Shown here: piece by piece, positions 10,671 through 20,688 of the stretch
Layout: every line of letters begins with the position of its first letter
Position numbering within the stretch: the first letter of the stretch is position 1
Assembly: GCA_965202645.1 (NCBI GenBank)
Contig: OZ241840.1
Coordinates: 307,066 to 371,065, forward strand
Length of the DNA: 64,000 bases
Reading direction: 5' to 3'
From: Bdellovibrionales bacterium
Lineage (GTDB): Bacteria > Bdellovibrionota > Bdellovibrionia > Bdellovibrionales > UBA1609
The notes under the pieces: generated by a model
What the model was told of the DNA's origin: nothing
Databases searched by the model: none
What the model saw: only the letters and a program-made list of their open reading frames with translations
Program-made: the position numbers and the translations under genes

Positions 10671-11168
10671 ATGAAGCTTTTAATTGTTCGCCACGCCATT
10701 GCGGAGGGCCTGATCCCCGGAGCCAGCGATAGAGATCGGCCTATCAGCGAAAAAGGCCAAAAAAAATTTCAGCAAATTTGTAAAAGCTTAGGCCATTTAA
10801 GCTTGCGGTTTGATCTTTTGATGGACAGCCCTTTGCTGAGATCCCGGCAAACAGCGGATATTTTTTGCAAGCATTTTTCAGTCGCAAAAAGGGAAACCAG
10901 CGCAAATCTTGATCCCTTTGCGGAAGTTTCAGATCTGCTTTTAGAGCTTAAATCTTATAATGTGAATCAGGCTGCGGTTGTGGGGCATCAGCCCTTTCTG
11001 GCAGAATTTATCAGCCATTGCGTTACAGAGGACAAAAGAGCTTTTGCCTTGCTCAAAAGGGGAGGCTTGGCTTTTTTAAATTTTCCTCTGGCTGTTCAGG
11101 CCGGCTCCGCTGTGATAGAGGCCCTGCTTCAGCCTAAATTTCTATTAAAAAAAAATGACTCTGTTTGA
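10671..11168 (+). CDS. sixA: Phosphohistidine phosphatase SixA family
   Basis: IVRHA, DRPIS, SPLLRSRQTA, VGHQP motifs. Confidence 0.85.
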   Translation: MKLLIVRHAIAEGLIPGASDRDRPISEKGQKKFQQICKSLGHLSLRFDLLMDSPLLRSRQTADIFCKHFSVAKRETSANLDPFAEVSDLLLELKSYNVNQAAVVGHQPFLAEFISHCVTEDKRAFALLKRGGLAFLNFPLAVQAGSAVIEALLQPKFLLKKNDSV

Positions 11169-11186
11169 TTGATTTGATAAGACGGG

Positions 11187-11273
11187 GCTTTTAAGCTGTA
11201 TAAGCTTTCGGCAGAGCCAGGGCATTCTCCCGCTCAATACGAATTAGGCCCGGTGTATAGTTGCGGGCAATGA
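11187..11273 (+). pseudogene. Isolated SEL1-like repeat fragment
   Basis: Translates to AFKLYKLSAEPGHSPAQYELGPVYSCGQ*, matching the SEL1 pattern A..WY..AA.QG...AQ..LG..Y..G; no start codon. Confidence 0.6.
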
Positions 11274-11669
11274 TAATATAGTAGGCTCATGACAACTTAA
11301 GGGGCCTGTTTCTAATGATTTTTAATATAAAAAAGCTTGGGGAGCTTTTTTTCATATAAATTATGGAAAAACTTTGGGGAAAGAAAAACATGGCGGAAAA
11401 TTTAATGAAATATAATCTTCGTAATAATTTATTTTGCAGAAAGGCTGTTCTGCAAACCCAATGATGAAGCCGGCTTATTTATTTAAAATTTTCTCGTGAA
11501 AAACTTGAGAAATGAGATAGCGGAGAGAGCGGAAAAATAGGCTTCAAAACGCTTAAAGAGGCATGCGGCGCCCCCATAGACTGAAAAAAGCATTTGTTGG
11601 CCAAAGGCGCTTTTTGTATTGTTTTTTAAAAAACGCTGTATTATAATAAATGATTGCCGGAGGCTAATA

Positions 11670-12416
11670 ATGAGCAATAGAGCGGAATCCCCCTTTTTTG
11701 ATGAAATTCGGGGCATCTTAAAAGAGGTGTCGATTGGCCATAAATTAGCTGAAAAAGAGATAAGAGAGCTAAGGGCCAGCCAAAAAGAGACCGATCGGCA
11801 ATTAAAAGAGTTTGCGGTTGAGCTAAAAGCCAGCCAAAAAGAGACCGATCGGCAGTTAAAAGAGTTTGCGGTTGAGCTAAAAGCCAGCCAAAAAGAGACC
11901 GATCGGCAGTTAAAAGAGTTTGCGGTTGAGCTGAAAGCCAGCCGACAAGAGACCGATCGGCAAATACAAAAGATAGGCGGCCGCTTTAACGAGCGCTGGG
12001 GCCGATTGGTGGAATCCTTAGTGGCGGGAAGTCTTTTGGAGCTTCTTAAAGCCCGGGGGATCCAAGTGGCCCAAATCTTTTCCAATGCGGAAGGGAGAAT
12101 AGAAAAAGAAAAGGGCATATTCCGTAAACAGGAGGCTGATATTATCGCCGCCAATGGATCGGAGGCTGTGATTGTGGAGGTCAAAACTGTTCTCTCTCCA
12201 AAAAAAGTGAGTCATTTTTTGGAGAGCCTGCAAAGCTTTACACGGTATTTTCCGGGCTATAAAAACAAAACTTTGTATGGGGCTGTGGCTTATTTAAGAA
12301 GAGAGGATAAAGCTGATTCTTTTGCGGAGGAAAAGGGCTTATTTGTTATCCGCGCCACAGGAGACAGCGCCAGCATCATCAATCAAAAGGATTTTAAGCC
12401 TAAAGCTTTTTCTTAA
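11670..12416 (+). CDS. PD-(D/E)XK nuclease-like protein with an N-terminal coiled-coil repeat (DUF3782-like)
   Basis: 3.5x 54-bp repeat ASQKETDRQLKEFAVELK, then WGRLVE...EADI...IVEVK; GGAGG RBS before ATG 11670. Confidence 0.8.
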   Translation: MSNRAESPFFDEIRGILKEVSIGHKLAEKEIRELRASQKETDRQLKEFAVELKASQKETDRQLKEFAVELKASQKETDRQLKEFAVELKASRQETDRQIQKIGGRFNERWGRLVESLVAGSLLELLKARGIQVAQIFSNAEGRIEKEKGIFRKQEADIIAANGSEAVIVEVKTVLSPKKVSHFLESLQSFTRYFPGYKNKTLYGAVAYLRREDKADSFAEEKGLFVIRATGDSASIINQKDFKPKAFS

Positions 12417-12481
12417 ACAAGCAATGTCAATTTCCAGCCAGCCTAAATGCCCGCAAATTTTGAATTAAACATTCCAGTTTG

Positions 12482-12796
12482 TTAACAACATTGACACTGA
12501 ACACAAAAGTTCGTGCTGCGTATAACGTCATCGCTGTCTGGCCGGTTTAATATTTTTAGCTTTTCAGCGGCTGATTTCACGGCTGAATTTAATATTTCGC
12601 TTACGCTTTTGCATGTCTCAATTTGTCTTCTAGCCTGTGCCAACTCTTCCGCCATTTGGATTAGGCGCTCAGTCAAATCTGGGGCTGCAGCCCTCGCAAC
12701 AGAAGATGTTGCATCTTTATCATGAGCCAAGGCCAAACTGGCTGAAAAGCTGTAGCATAATCCCGCTAGGGCCATTATTTGCAAAATCTTATTCAT
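12482..12796 (-). CDS. Small secreted hypothetical protein with a Cys-rich C-terminus
   Basis: AAGGAGG RBS, signal peptide MNKILQIMALAGLCYSFSASLALA, ends in FCVQCQCC. Confidence 0.65.
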   Translation of the reverse strand: MNKILQIMALAGLCYSFSASLALAHDKDATSSVARAAAPDLTERLIQMAEELAQARRQIETCKSVSEILNSAVKSAAEKLKILNRPDSDDVIRSTNFCVQCQCC

Positions 12797-13071
12797 AATC
12801 TCCTCCTTTGTTTTAAACTGACTGCTTATTATCATTTTTATATTGTCCCGGTCAAGCCTAAAGCTATGAGTGTGAAAATTTTTCATAGTGGATAAGTTAA
12901 TTTTATCCTCTGTTATTATTCTTTTTGGAGTTTATGACAGAAAAAGAGGAAAATTTTTCACTTTAAAATCCTCAATAAGCCCAACAAGGATTTTCTATAG
13001 CCATTATTGGTTTGACCCCTGAAAATAACGCATAGCATGAAAAATTTTGCTCTACAATAATCCATAAAACA

Positions 13072-13983
13072 TTGATAAAACCAAGCTCTCAGATGAGATT
13101 TTTAAAAAACAAATATATTTTTCATGCCTCTATTATTTTAGCTGTTATCGCCTTAGATCAGCTCAGCAAATATCTCGCTTTGCGATTTTTAGCCTCATCT
13201 GCCGGAAGTTTTCTGGGATTGTCTTTGCAAGAGCCTATAAAGAATTATCATTTGATTTTTGGCCTGCGTTTTATCTCGGACAGCTTGTTTATCAATACCG
13301 CCCTGACAGCCGTTTTTTGCCTATTCCTGTTTTACTATGCCCTCTCCCTTGTGTTTATTCCCCAATCGCTGTTTCATCTTAAAATCGGAATAAGCCTTTT
13401 GTTTGCGGGGTTTTCAAGCAATGTGATCAATAAATTGATTAACGGCTATGTTCCGGATTTTATCAAATGGTCTTTCTCTCAAACCGCGAGCGTTTATTTT
13501 AATGTCGCTGATATGGCTCAAACTTTGGCTTGGGCTGTGATCGCGCTCCAATTATTTTTTCTCAGAAAACATATTTGGCGGGAGAGGGAAAGAAGAAGGC
13601 GGCTCATTATCGCAAGAGCCCCTCAACTTCAATTTGTCGGCTATTCCGCTCTGGCTTTTTTGGCCGTTTCCGCTTTTTTTCTGATTTTGAACTATCAGTT
13701 TTTGGGCTTAATTGATGTGATGGATTTTGCCAATATCAAACAAATCAGCGCCTCTTTTTTAAAATACTCTGTTTTTATTTTAATTTTATTTGGTTTGTGC
13801 CTAGGCTCTTTTTTTGTGTATTTATCAAACAAGATCTATGGCCCTGTTTATGCTTTTGAGAGATATGTCAAAGCTTTAATTCAAGGGAAGAATCCCAAAG
13901 ATCTCCGACTGCGGAAAAATGATCAGTTCAAACAATTAGAGAGTTTAGCCAAAGAGATAAAAAACTCGATAAAGCCCGGCTGA
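13072..13983 (+). CDS. lspA: Signal peptidase II-like protein fused to a C-terminal TM/HAMP-like region
   Basis: LDQLSK, YVPDFI, FNVAD motifs; C-terminal KIYGPVYAF...LRKNDQF. Confidence 0.75.
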   Translation: MIKPSSQMRFLKNKYIFHASIILAVIALDQLSKYLALRFLASSAGSFLGLSLQEPIKNYHLIFGLRFISDSLFINTALTAVFCLFLFYYALSLVFIPQSLFHLKIGISLLFAGFSSNVINKLINGYVPDFIKWSFSQTASVYFNVADMAQTLAWAVIALQLFFLRKHIWRERERRRRLIIARAPQLQFVGYSALAFLAVSAFFLILNYQFLGLIDVMDFANIKQISASFLKYSVFILILFGLCLGSFFVYLSNKIYGPVYAFERYVKALIQGKNPKDLRLRKNDQFKQLESLAKEIKNSIKPG

Positions 13984-14120
13984 AACGGGTTATTGAGGTT
14001 TCATCTATGATCTCCGGTCTCAAGAGATAAGCCCCTCTGGGGTTCAGTTTTTTCCGCTCAAGCGCGCCGCCGGCCGGAAATATTTTGTAATTTTTAAAAA
14101 AACATATACAATCCGCTTTT

Positions 14121-14945
14121 ATGCGGACTTTTTTTTCAGCCGTCTGGCGGGAATATCTCAAGTGGCTTCAATCGCTTAAAACAGCCCTTTCAAAAAGCCT
14201 TCACTATAAAATTAACCTTTTTATTTTGATGATAGCCCCCTCAGCTATTTTTTTTATCATCAAATACAATTTGTGGACATCCATTTACTCTGTCCATTCC
14301 TCTGAGAGCATTCAAGGATATAGCCTGTCCCGGATGATTGAGTATCAATTTTGGATTTTAATTTTAGATCTTTTTGTGAGATCTGTTTTTTTTAGCCAGA
14401 GCCTCTCCCAAGACATCCGCTTAGGGAGAATATCCGCCTTTTTGCTTTATCCTTTCAATTATATCAGCTATCAGTCGAGTTTGTTTGCCGCCGATAAACT
14501 GCTTCAGCTTTTTATAGGGGGGCTTTCCCTGTTTTTGGCTGTTGTGTTTGGCTGGATTGCCCTCCCGCCGGCGGGCGTTTTGCTGAAAGCCGGGATTTTT
14601 ATTTTAATGGTCAGCGCTTTTTGGCTCTTTATCCAGCTGGCTGTGGGCTTTATGGCTTTTTGGCTGGAGGAGACATGGAGCATAAATGTCAGCGTTCGCT
14701 TTATCTCCGCTTTTTTGTCCGGCTCTATCATCCCCCTGGATCTTTACCCTAAAATTATGGCGGAATTTTTAATGTGGACGCCATTTCCTTATTTAGCTTA
14801 TGCGCCGGTCAAAATTTTAATGAGGGAGCCTGTTGAGTTTGGCTTTTCCCTTTTGATTTTATTTGTTTGGCTGTTGGCCCTTTTGTTTTTTGTCCAGCGG
14901 ATTTGGAAAAGGGGCCTGCGCCTTTACAGCGGAGCGGGAATTTAA
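14121..14945 (+). CDS. ABC-2 family transporter permease (DUF990 type)
   Basis: Multi-TM protein with IRLGRIS.FLLYP, LSGSIIPLDLYP, TPFPY and GLRLYSGAG motifs. Confidence 0.8.
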   Translation: MRTFFSAVWREYLKWLQSLKTALSKSLHYKINLFILMIAPSAIFFIIKYNLWTSIYSVHSSESIQGYSLSRMIEYQFWILILDLFVRSVFFSQSLSQDIRLGRISAFLLYPFNYISYQSSLFAADKLLQLFIGGLSLFLAVVFGWIALPPAGVLLKAGIFILMVSAFWLFIQLAVGFMAFWLEETWSINVSVRFISAFLSGSIIPLDLYPKIMAEFLMWTPFPYLAYAPVKILMREPVEFGFSLLILFVWLLALLFFVQRIWKRGLRLYSGAGI

Positions 14946-14994
14946 AATATTACCGGAAGGCTCATTCTTATACGAATATTTTTTAAGATTTTAT

Positions 14995-15275
14995 GGCCTC
15001 ACAGCCTTTGATATAAGCCCGCGCGTTTGTTTATGGTCTGACAGCCTTTGGCCGGATTAAACAGAGCTTGCGCTGTCCAAAGCCTTTGATATAAACCCGT
15101 GCGTTTATTTATGGCCTGAACAGCCTTTGGCCGGATTAAACAGAGCTTGCGCTGTCCAAAGCCTTTGATATAAGCCCGCGCGTTTGTTTATGGTCTGAAC
15201 AGCCTTTGGCCGGATCAAACAGAGCTTATGCTGTCTTAAGCCTTTGATATAAGCCCGCGCGTTTGTTTATGGCCT
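14995..15275. repeat. 78-79-bp tandem repeat, ~3.5 copies
   Basis: agcctttgatataa recurs at ~15003, 15081, 15160, 15239 with conserved intervening sequence. Confidence 0.9.
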
Positions 15276-15589
15276 AAAAGGAAGAGTCTATCCGGCTGTA
15301 GGATGAGGGCTGTTTATACACTGCGGCAGGATTTCGCCTTTTCTTGCTCGGCTGGACTTGCAAGATTTATACTATTTAGCTTGAGGCTGTGTATGTTGTG
15401 TTTTTAGGAGCTTTTAAAATGAGACAGCCGCAAATTTTGCAAAAAAAAGCGGTCAAAATGAATTTGCCTTGATCGCCCAGAGGATAAAAGGCGCTTGAAT
15501 ATTTAAACATCAGTTTAAAATTTTGAGTTTTATTTTGCGGCGGATTTTATAGGGGCTGGCGCTTTTGGAAGCGCTTAAATCCAATCTCA

Positions 15590-16579
15590 TTGCGTCACAG
15601 AGAGGGGAATATGCGGAATTTAAACTGGCTTATGGGCAATATGTCTTGGAACAAAGAGGAGTTCTTTCAGCAGGCCCGCCATGTTTTTGATTTCCTATTA
15701 TTTCAGTTCCCCACTTTTTGGAACTACACTTTATTTCATGTAGACAAAAATCCCATCACGGTGGGAAATATCATTTTTGGCATTGTTGTTATCATTGGCG
15801 GCTATATATTTATCCGCGTTTTTGTCTCTCAATTTGACAAAAGAATACTCTCCCGCTTTGACATTGACACCCCTCACCGCTACACCATTAAAATTTTTCT
15901 GTTTTATTTCTTAATTTTCATTTTATTTCTTTTCACTCTGTATTTCATGCAAGTCCCTTTGACTGTGTTTACTGTTTTGGGGGGAGCTTTGGCTTTGGGC
16001 CTGGGATTTGGGGCCAGAAATATTGTGAATAATTGGATTTGCGGCATAGTTATTGTGACAGAGCACCCCATTCGCGAGGGCGATTTGATTGAGGTCAATA
16101 ATTTAATTGGCGTTGTGGAGAATATCGGATTTCGCGCGACAGCTGTCCGATCTTTGGACAACACACATAGCCTGGTTCCCAACAGCGTGATTTTGGAGCA
16201 TAGCATTTTAAACTGGACCCTGTCCGACAAAGTGATTCGCTCCACTATTAAGGTTTCTGTCAGCTATGGCTCTCCTGTGGAAAAGGTCAGAGATCTTCTG
16301 CTCCGGGCGGCGCATGATCACTCGAGTGTTTTAACTTACAATAAAAAACAAAGCCCTATTGTGTTTTTCACAGACTTTGGGGACAGCGGGCTGATTTTTG
16401 AGCTGAGCTATTGGATAGTGATTGAGCATCCCATTGATATAAAGCTGATCTCCAGCGATTTGAGGTTTGCGATTAAAAAGCTTTTTAAAGAGGAGGGGAT
16501 CGTTATCCCTTTCAGCCAAAGGGATCTCCATGTCAAGGGGCCTGTTCAGATAGAGTGGAAAAAGGGGCCGGAGCTTTAA
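15590..16579 (+). CDS. mscS: Small-conductance mechanosensitive channel (MscS family)
   Basis: GGALALGLGFG, PIREGDLIEV, VPNS, FGDSGLIFEL, IPFSQRDLH. Confidence 0.9.
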   Translation: MRHREGNMRNLNWLMGNMSWNKEEFFQQARHVFDFLLFQFPTFWNYTLFHVDKNPITVGNIIFGIVVIIGGYIFIRVFVSQFDKRILSRFDIDTPHRYTIKIFLFYFLIFILFLFTLYFMQVPLTVFTVLGGALALGLGFGARNIVNNWICGIVIVTEHPIREGDLIEVNNLIGVVENIGFRATAVRSLDNTHSLVPNSVILEHSILNWTLSDKVIRSTIKVSVSYGSPVEKVRDLLLRAAHDHSSVLTYNKKQSPIVFFTDFGDSGLIFELSYWIVIEHPIDIKLISSDLRFAIKKLFKEEGIVIPFSQRDLHVKGPVQIEWKKGPEL

Positions 16580-16630
16580 GGCGCCGCGGGCCAAAACCTG
16601 AATTTTAACCTCCAGCCGCAGTATACGCTT

Positions 16631-17314
16631 ATGAAAAAACTGCCTTTATTTGTCGCCTTGGACACAGCCACACGGGAGCAGGCTGTGGCTCTGGCTCAAA
16701 AGACAAAAGATTACGCTCAGGCTTATAAAATTGGCCCTCGTTTGTTTTTAGCTCATGGGCCAGAGCTTATTGGGCAGATCAAAAATCATAACTCTCAGGT
16801 TTTTTTGGATTTTAAGTTTTATGACATTCCCTCCTCCACAGTGGAGGCTGTTCGCGCGGCTTTTGAAATGGGGGCGGATTTTGTGACTGTCCACGCCTCA
16901 GCGGGCCCGGAGGCTCTCCAGCTTTTATCTCAGTTTGAAAAAGAGGCCCGGCAAAAAAAATTTTTTCAAATTTTATGTGTCACAGTTTTATCCAGCGCCC
17001 CTGATTCTAAAAGCAATCAAAATAAAATTTTTCAGCTCGCTGAATCTGTCTGCCGGTCAGGGCTTAAAGGGCTGGTTTGCTCCCCTTGGGAGGCCCGGGC
17101 TTTAAAACAAAAATATCCGGATATGTTTTTAGCGACTCCCGGCATTCGCTTAAAGGGTGAAAATCCCGATGATCAAAAACGCTTTATGCCGCCTCTTCAG
17201 GCTTTGAGGGAGGGAAGCTCAGCTCTCATTATGGGGAGGAGCTTAGCCCGGGCTGAGGATCCGGAAAAGCTTTTGAGGGAGCTTTATGACTCTTTTACAG
17301 CGGGAAATTTTTGA
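16631..17314 (+). CDS. pyrF: Orotidine-5'-phosphate decarboxylase
   Basis: VALD, FLDFKFYDIP, TVHA, TPGIR, DDQKR, MGR motifs. Confidence 0.95.
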   Translation: MKKLPLFVALDTATREQAVALAQKTKDYAQAYKIGPRLFLAHGPELIGQIKNHNSQVFLDFKFYDIPSSTVEAVRAAFEMGADFVTVHASAGPEALQLLSQFEKEARQKKFFQILCVTVLSSAPDSKSNQNKIFQLAESVCRSGLKGLVCSPWEARALKQKYPDMFLATPGIRLKGENPDDQKRFMPPLQALREGSSALIMGRSLARAEDPEKLLRELYDSFTAGNF

Positions 17315-17325
17315 GGGCGCTCTCC

Positions 17326-18054
17326 ATGTCTCTTCGCTATGTGATAGGCATTCACTCTTGCCGGGAGGCTTTAAAAGCCCGCCCGCCTCAAGAGCTAAAA
17401 AAAATCTATTTTAAGCCAGAGTGGCAAAAGCGTCCGGCTCTGGCGGAGCTGGCTCATTTGGCCCGAGCTAAAAAATTAAATCCTGAAGTTTTGCCGCTCA
17501 AAAAAATAAATCAAATCGGAGAGTCTCACCAAGGGGTCTGTGTTGTGGTTTCCGCCCGCCCGCGTTTTAATTTATCCTCCGCCGGCAAAAATTCTGTTGT
17601 TTTGATTTTGGATCGCGCGCAAGATCCGAGAAATTTGGGCGCCATTGTCAGAACAGCCTGGCTTATGGCGGTGGATTGTGTTTTTATCCCTTCCCGGCAA
17701 AGCGCCGCTTTAAGCCCTTCTGTCATTAAGACAGCCAGCGGCGGAGCGGAGCATGTTCCTGTTGAGCCAAAGTCCAGTTTGCGCCAATGTTTAAGGGAGC
17801 TAAAAGAGCGTGAATTTGGGATTTACGCTTTGTCCTTTACTGCCAAAAAATCCATTTGGACAGAAAAATTTAAAGGGCGGACGGCTTTTTTGCTGGGCGG
17901 CGAGGCCTCCGGCTTCAGGAAAGGCCTGCAAAATTTTTGTGATGAGGCCTTGTATATTCCCCAAAAGGAGTCCTCCGCCAGCTACAATGTGTCTGTGGCG
18001 GCCGGCATTGTTTTAGGGGAGCTGTTTAGGCAAAAGAGAGGTTATAATGTTTGA
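17326..18054 (+). CDS. TrmH/SpoU family RNA methyltransferase (RlmB-like)
   Basis: HQGV, QDPRNLGAIVRT, LGGEASG, SYNVSVAAGI. Confidence 0.9.
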   Translation: MSLRYVIGIHSCREALKARPPQELKKIYFKPEWQKRPALAELAHLARAKKLNPEVLPLKKINQIGESHQGVCVVVSARPRFNLSSAGKNSVVLILDRAQDPRNLGAIVRTAWLMAVDCVFIPSRQSAALSPSVIKTASGGAEHVPVEPKSSLRQCLRELKEREFGIYALSFTAKKSIWTEKFKGRTAFLLGGEASGFRKGLQNFCDEALYIPQKESSASYNVSVAAGIVLGELFRQKRGYNV

Positions 18055-18859
18055 GGGCGCTTTACTGCTTCCGAATGGAGTTATTTGGGCCTTCTTTTTT
18101 GTCTATGGCTCTTTTTTGGGCAGTTTTGCCAATGTGCTGATTTATAGAATGCAGGAGGAGGAGCCTCTGGATCTTTTTAAAAAAAGCCATTGCTTTCAAT
18201 GTCATTGCTCTATTCCATTTTATCTCAATATCCCCATTATTTCATGGCATATTTTGCGGGGCCGCTGCCAAAGCTGCGGCCGGCCTTTTTCCTTCCGCTA
18301 CCCTTTTGTTGAGCTTTTAATGGCCGTCCTGTTTTTGGCTCTGTTTTTGGCCATAGGCTGGAAATGGTTTTTGCTGGAGGCTTTAATTTTCGTTTTTGCT
18401 TTGACTGTGGCCAGCTTTATTGACTGGGATCAAATGATTTTGCCGCCCTCTCTCACTTTTTCCGGGCTGGCTATTGGGCTTTTAGGCGCCTCATTAAACC
18501 CTGAGAGAATGTTTTTGGACGCCTTTTTAGGCGCTTTGCTGGGCGGCGGATTTTTATGGCTCATCTCTTATATTTATTTTTTGCTCCGGCGGGAAATGGG
18601 ACTGGGGGGAGGGGATGTGGCCCTGATCGCTTGGATTGGAGCTGTTTTGGGCTGGCCGTCTTTGTCTTTTGTGATTTTATGCTCTTGTTTTTTGGGCAGT
18701 TTGGCGGGCTTGGGAGTTATATGGCGCAGAGGCAGTCAAAAGGGCTTGCGGACAGCCATCCCTTTTGGGCCGTTTTTGGCCGTCAGCTCATTGATTTACA
18801 TATTTTTAAAGGAATGGATAGACAGCTCGGCTGGCTTTTTCATGCCTTTTTCCCTTTGA
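18047..18859 (+). CDS. pilD: Prepilin peptidase
   Basis: GSFANVLIYR, CxxC pairs, NIPIISW, GGGD, IPFGPFL. Confidence 0.93.
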   Translation: MFEGALLLPNGVIWAFFFVYGSFLGSFANVLIYRMQEEEPLDLFKKSHCFQCHCSIPFYLNIPIISWHILRGRCQSCGRPFSFRYPFVELLMAVLFLALFLAIGWKWFLLEALIFVFALTVASFIDWDQMILPPSLTFSGLAIGLLGASLNPERMFLDAFLGALLGGGFLWLISYIYFLLRREMGLGGGDVALIAWIGAVLGWPSLSFVILCSCFLGSLAGLGVIWRRGSQKGLRTAIPFGPFLAVSSLIYIFLKEWIDSSAGFFMPFSL

Positions 18860-18972
18860 TTTCCGGGAAATTAGCGCTTTGTTCCATGATCTTTATGGTT
18901 TTTTATTTCAGAGATTCCATTTTCAAGGTATAATTCAGCCTGCGGCTTAACCGGCCGGGGAGAGGAAGATTT

Positions 18973-20037
18973 ATGCCATTTAATCTATTTGGAAAACGGT
19001 CTAAACAAAGCTATTTAGCTTTGGATATAGGCAGTCAAAATACGAAGATGATGATTTTTCGGCCGGGGGAGGCTGTGGCGGATCAAATGATTATTAAGCC
19101 CACTCCCGCCAACTCTTTTCAGGATGGGGCTTTTATTGATGAGGAGGCCTTGCGTGATTTTCTGTCTCAAGGCGCCGCGGAGCTGGGGGCGGAAAATGAG
19201 ATGGATGTGGTGGCCGGCATTTCCGGGAAAGGGGTAATCGCCAAAAAATTAGATATTCCGCAAATGGATAAAAGCATGATTTCGGAGTTTGTGGAAATTG
19301 AGGCGGAGCAGGAGCTTTTTTATAATCAGGAGGAAATGGAGCTGGATTATGAGCTGTTGACAGGAGTGAATTTTAACAAACCGGAGGCTCAATCCCTTTT
19401 AGTGGTGACTGTGTTAAAAAAAATTATAGAGGGCTATAACAGCATTATCAAGCCGCCTTTTATGAATTGTAAAATTTTAGACACCAATTTTGCCGCTTTA
19501 TTTAACTCTTTTGAATACAATGAGAATTTGGATGAAAGCAAAAATTATTTGGTTATGGATATAGGCTGCGCCTCTACAAATCTTGTGGTTGTGCTTAAAA
19601 ATCAGGTGGTTTTTGTGAGGCATTTGTCTGTGGGAGGCCATTTTTTTACTCAGGAAATACAAAGAAAAATGAATGTGGATTACCAAGAGGCGGAGGAGCT
19701 GAAGATCAGAGCCAGCCGGGGGCAAGAGGCCCCGCAGGAGCTTGTTGCCTTAATATCCAATGAGCTGAATGAGGCCTTTGCGGAAGAGCTAAACTCCTGT
19801 TGTGATTTTTACAGCAGTTTGTTTCCGGAAAAAGAGATCAACTCTGTTTATGTGACAGGCGGAGCCAGCCAGACACTGGGTTTAATCCCGCATTTGCAAA
19901 AAAAGATGAATTTGCCAATAGAGCGCCTCAATCCCTTTCAAAATGTGAGCTTAAATTCAGATCTGCAAAAGAGGCGGGATGATCTGGCGCTTTTTTCAGC
20001 TGTGGTTTCCGGTTTAGCTTTAAGGTCTCTCGAATGA
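18973..20037 (+). CDS. pilM: Type IV pilus assembly protein PilM
   Basis: LALDIG, VMDIG, TGGAS, NPF and GLALR actin-like motifs; operon context. Confidence 0.9.
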   Translation: MPFNLFGKRSKQSYLALDIGSQNTKMMIFRPGEAVADQMIIKPTPANSFQDGAFIDEEALRDFLSQGAAELGAENEMDVVAGISGKGVIAKKLDIPQMDKSMISEFVEIEAEQELFYNQEEMELDYELLTGVNFNKPEAQSLLVVTVLKKIIEGYNSIIKPPFMNCKILDTNFAALFNSFEYNENLDESKNYLVMDIGCASTNLVVVLKNQVVFVRHLSVGGHFFTQEIQRKMNVDYQEAEELKIRASRGQEAPQELVALISNELNEAFAEELNSCCDFYSSLFPEKEINSVYVTGGASQTLGLIPHLQKKMNLPIERLNPFQNVSLNSDLQKRRDDLALFSAVVSGLALRSLE

Positions 20038-20678
20038 TAAAAGTTAATCTCAATAAAACAAAAAGCTCTGTGGTGTATCACACACGGAGCACAGGCATGG
20101 CCCCCGCCTCCACTATTTTTACAAATCTAAAAACAGCTCTGTCTGACAGCAACATTGCGTTTCAGCCGGCGATCCTCATAAGAATCGCCATCAATTTACT
20201 TTTGATAGCCTGCTTTCCTCTGGGGCTGAAAATTTATGAGAAGAGGCAAATAGATCGTTTGAATCGGGAGAATCAAAAAGTGGAGGCTCTGCTGGCGGGC
20301 GCGCAAAGCCGGTTGAATGAGTTGAGGGCGGAGCTTAAAAACTATGATCATCTGAATGAAAAAGCCAAAGAGTTTACGGAGAAAAAGAAGTTTTTAAAAG
20401 ACTTAGCTGAATCCCGCCTGACCATTCCGCGAGTGATTGATTTAATTGAAAACAGGCTTCCTAAGTCTGTTTGGCTGGAGCGCTTAAAGCTGAAAATATC
20501 GAAAGACAACAACGAGATTCAAATTACAGGAAAGGGATTGAATGAGGCTTATGTCAATCGTTTTGCCGGCTCCCTGCATGATCTTTTGGACGAAAACTCC
20601 ATTACTGTGGACACGAGGGATATAAAAGAGGGGGATGATATTGTTAAAGTGGATTTTAGCTTAAAAGGCGTTATGTGA
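20034..20678 (+). CDS. pilN: Type IV pilus assembly protein PilN
   Basis: N-terminal IKVNL, TM segment, coiled coil, P..VWL; overlaps the pilM stop. Confidence 0.8.
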   Translation: MIKVNLNKTKSSVVYHTRSTGMAPASTIFTNLKTALSDSNIAFQPAILIRIAINLLLIACFPLGLKIYEKRQIDRLNRENQKVEALLAGAQSRLNELRAELKNYDHLNEKAKEFTEKKKFLKDLAESRLTIPRVIDLIENRLPKSVWLERLKLKISKDNNEIQITGKGLNEAYVNRFAGSLHDLLDENSITVDTRDIKEGDDIVKVDFSLKGVM

Positions 20679-20688
20679 GGGGGCGCGT

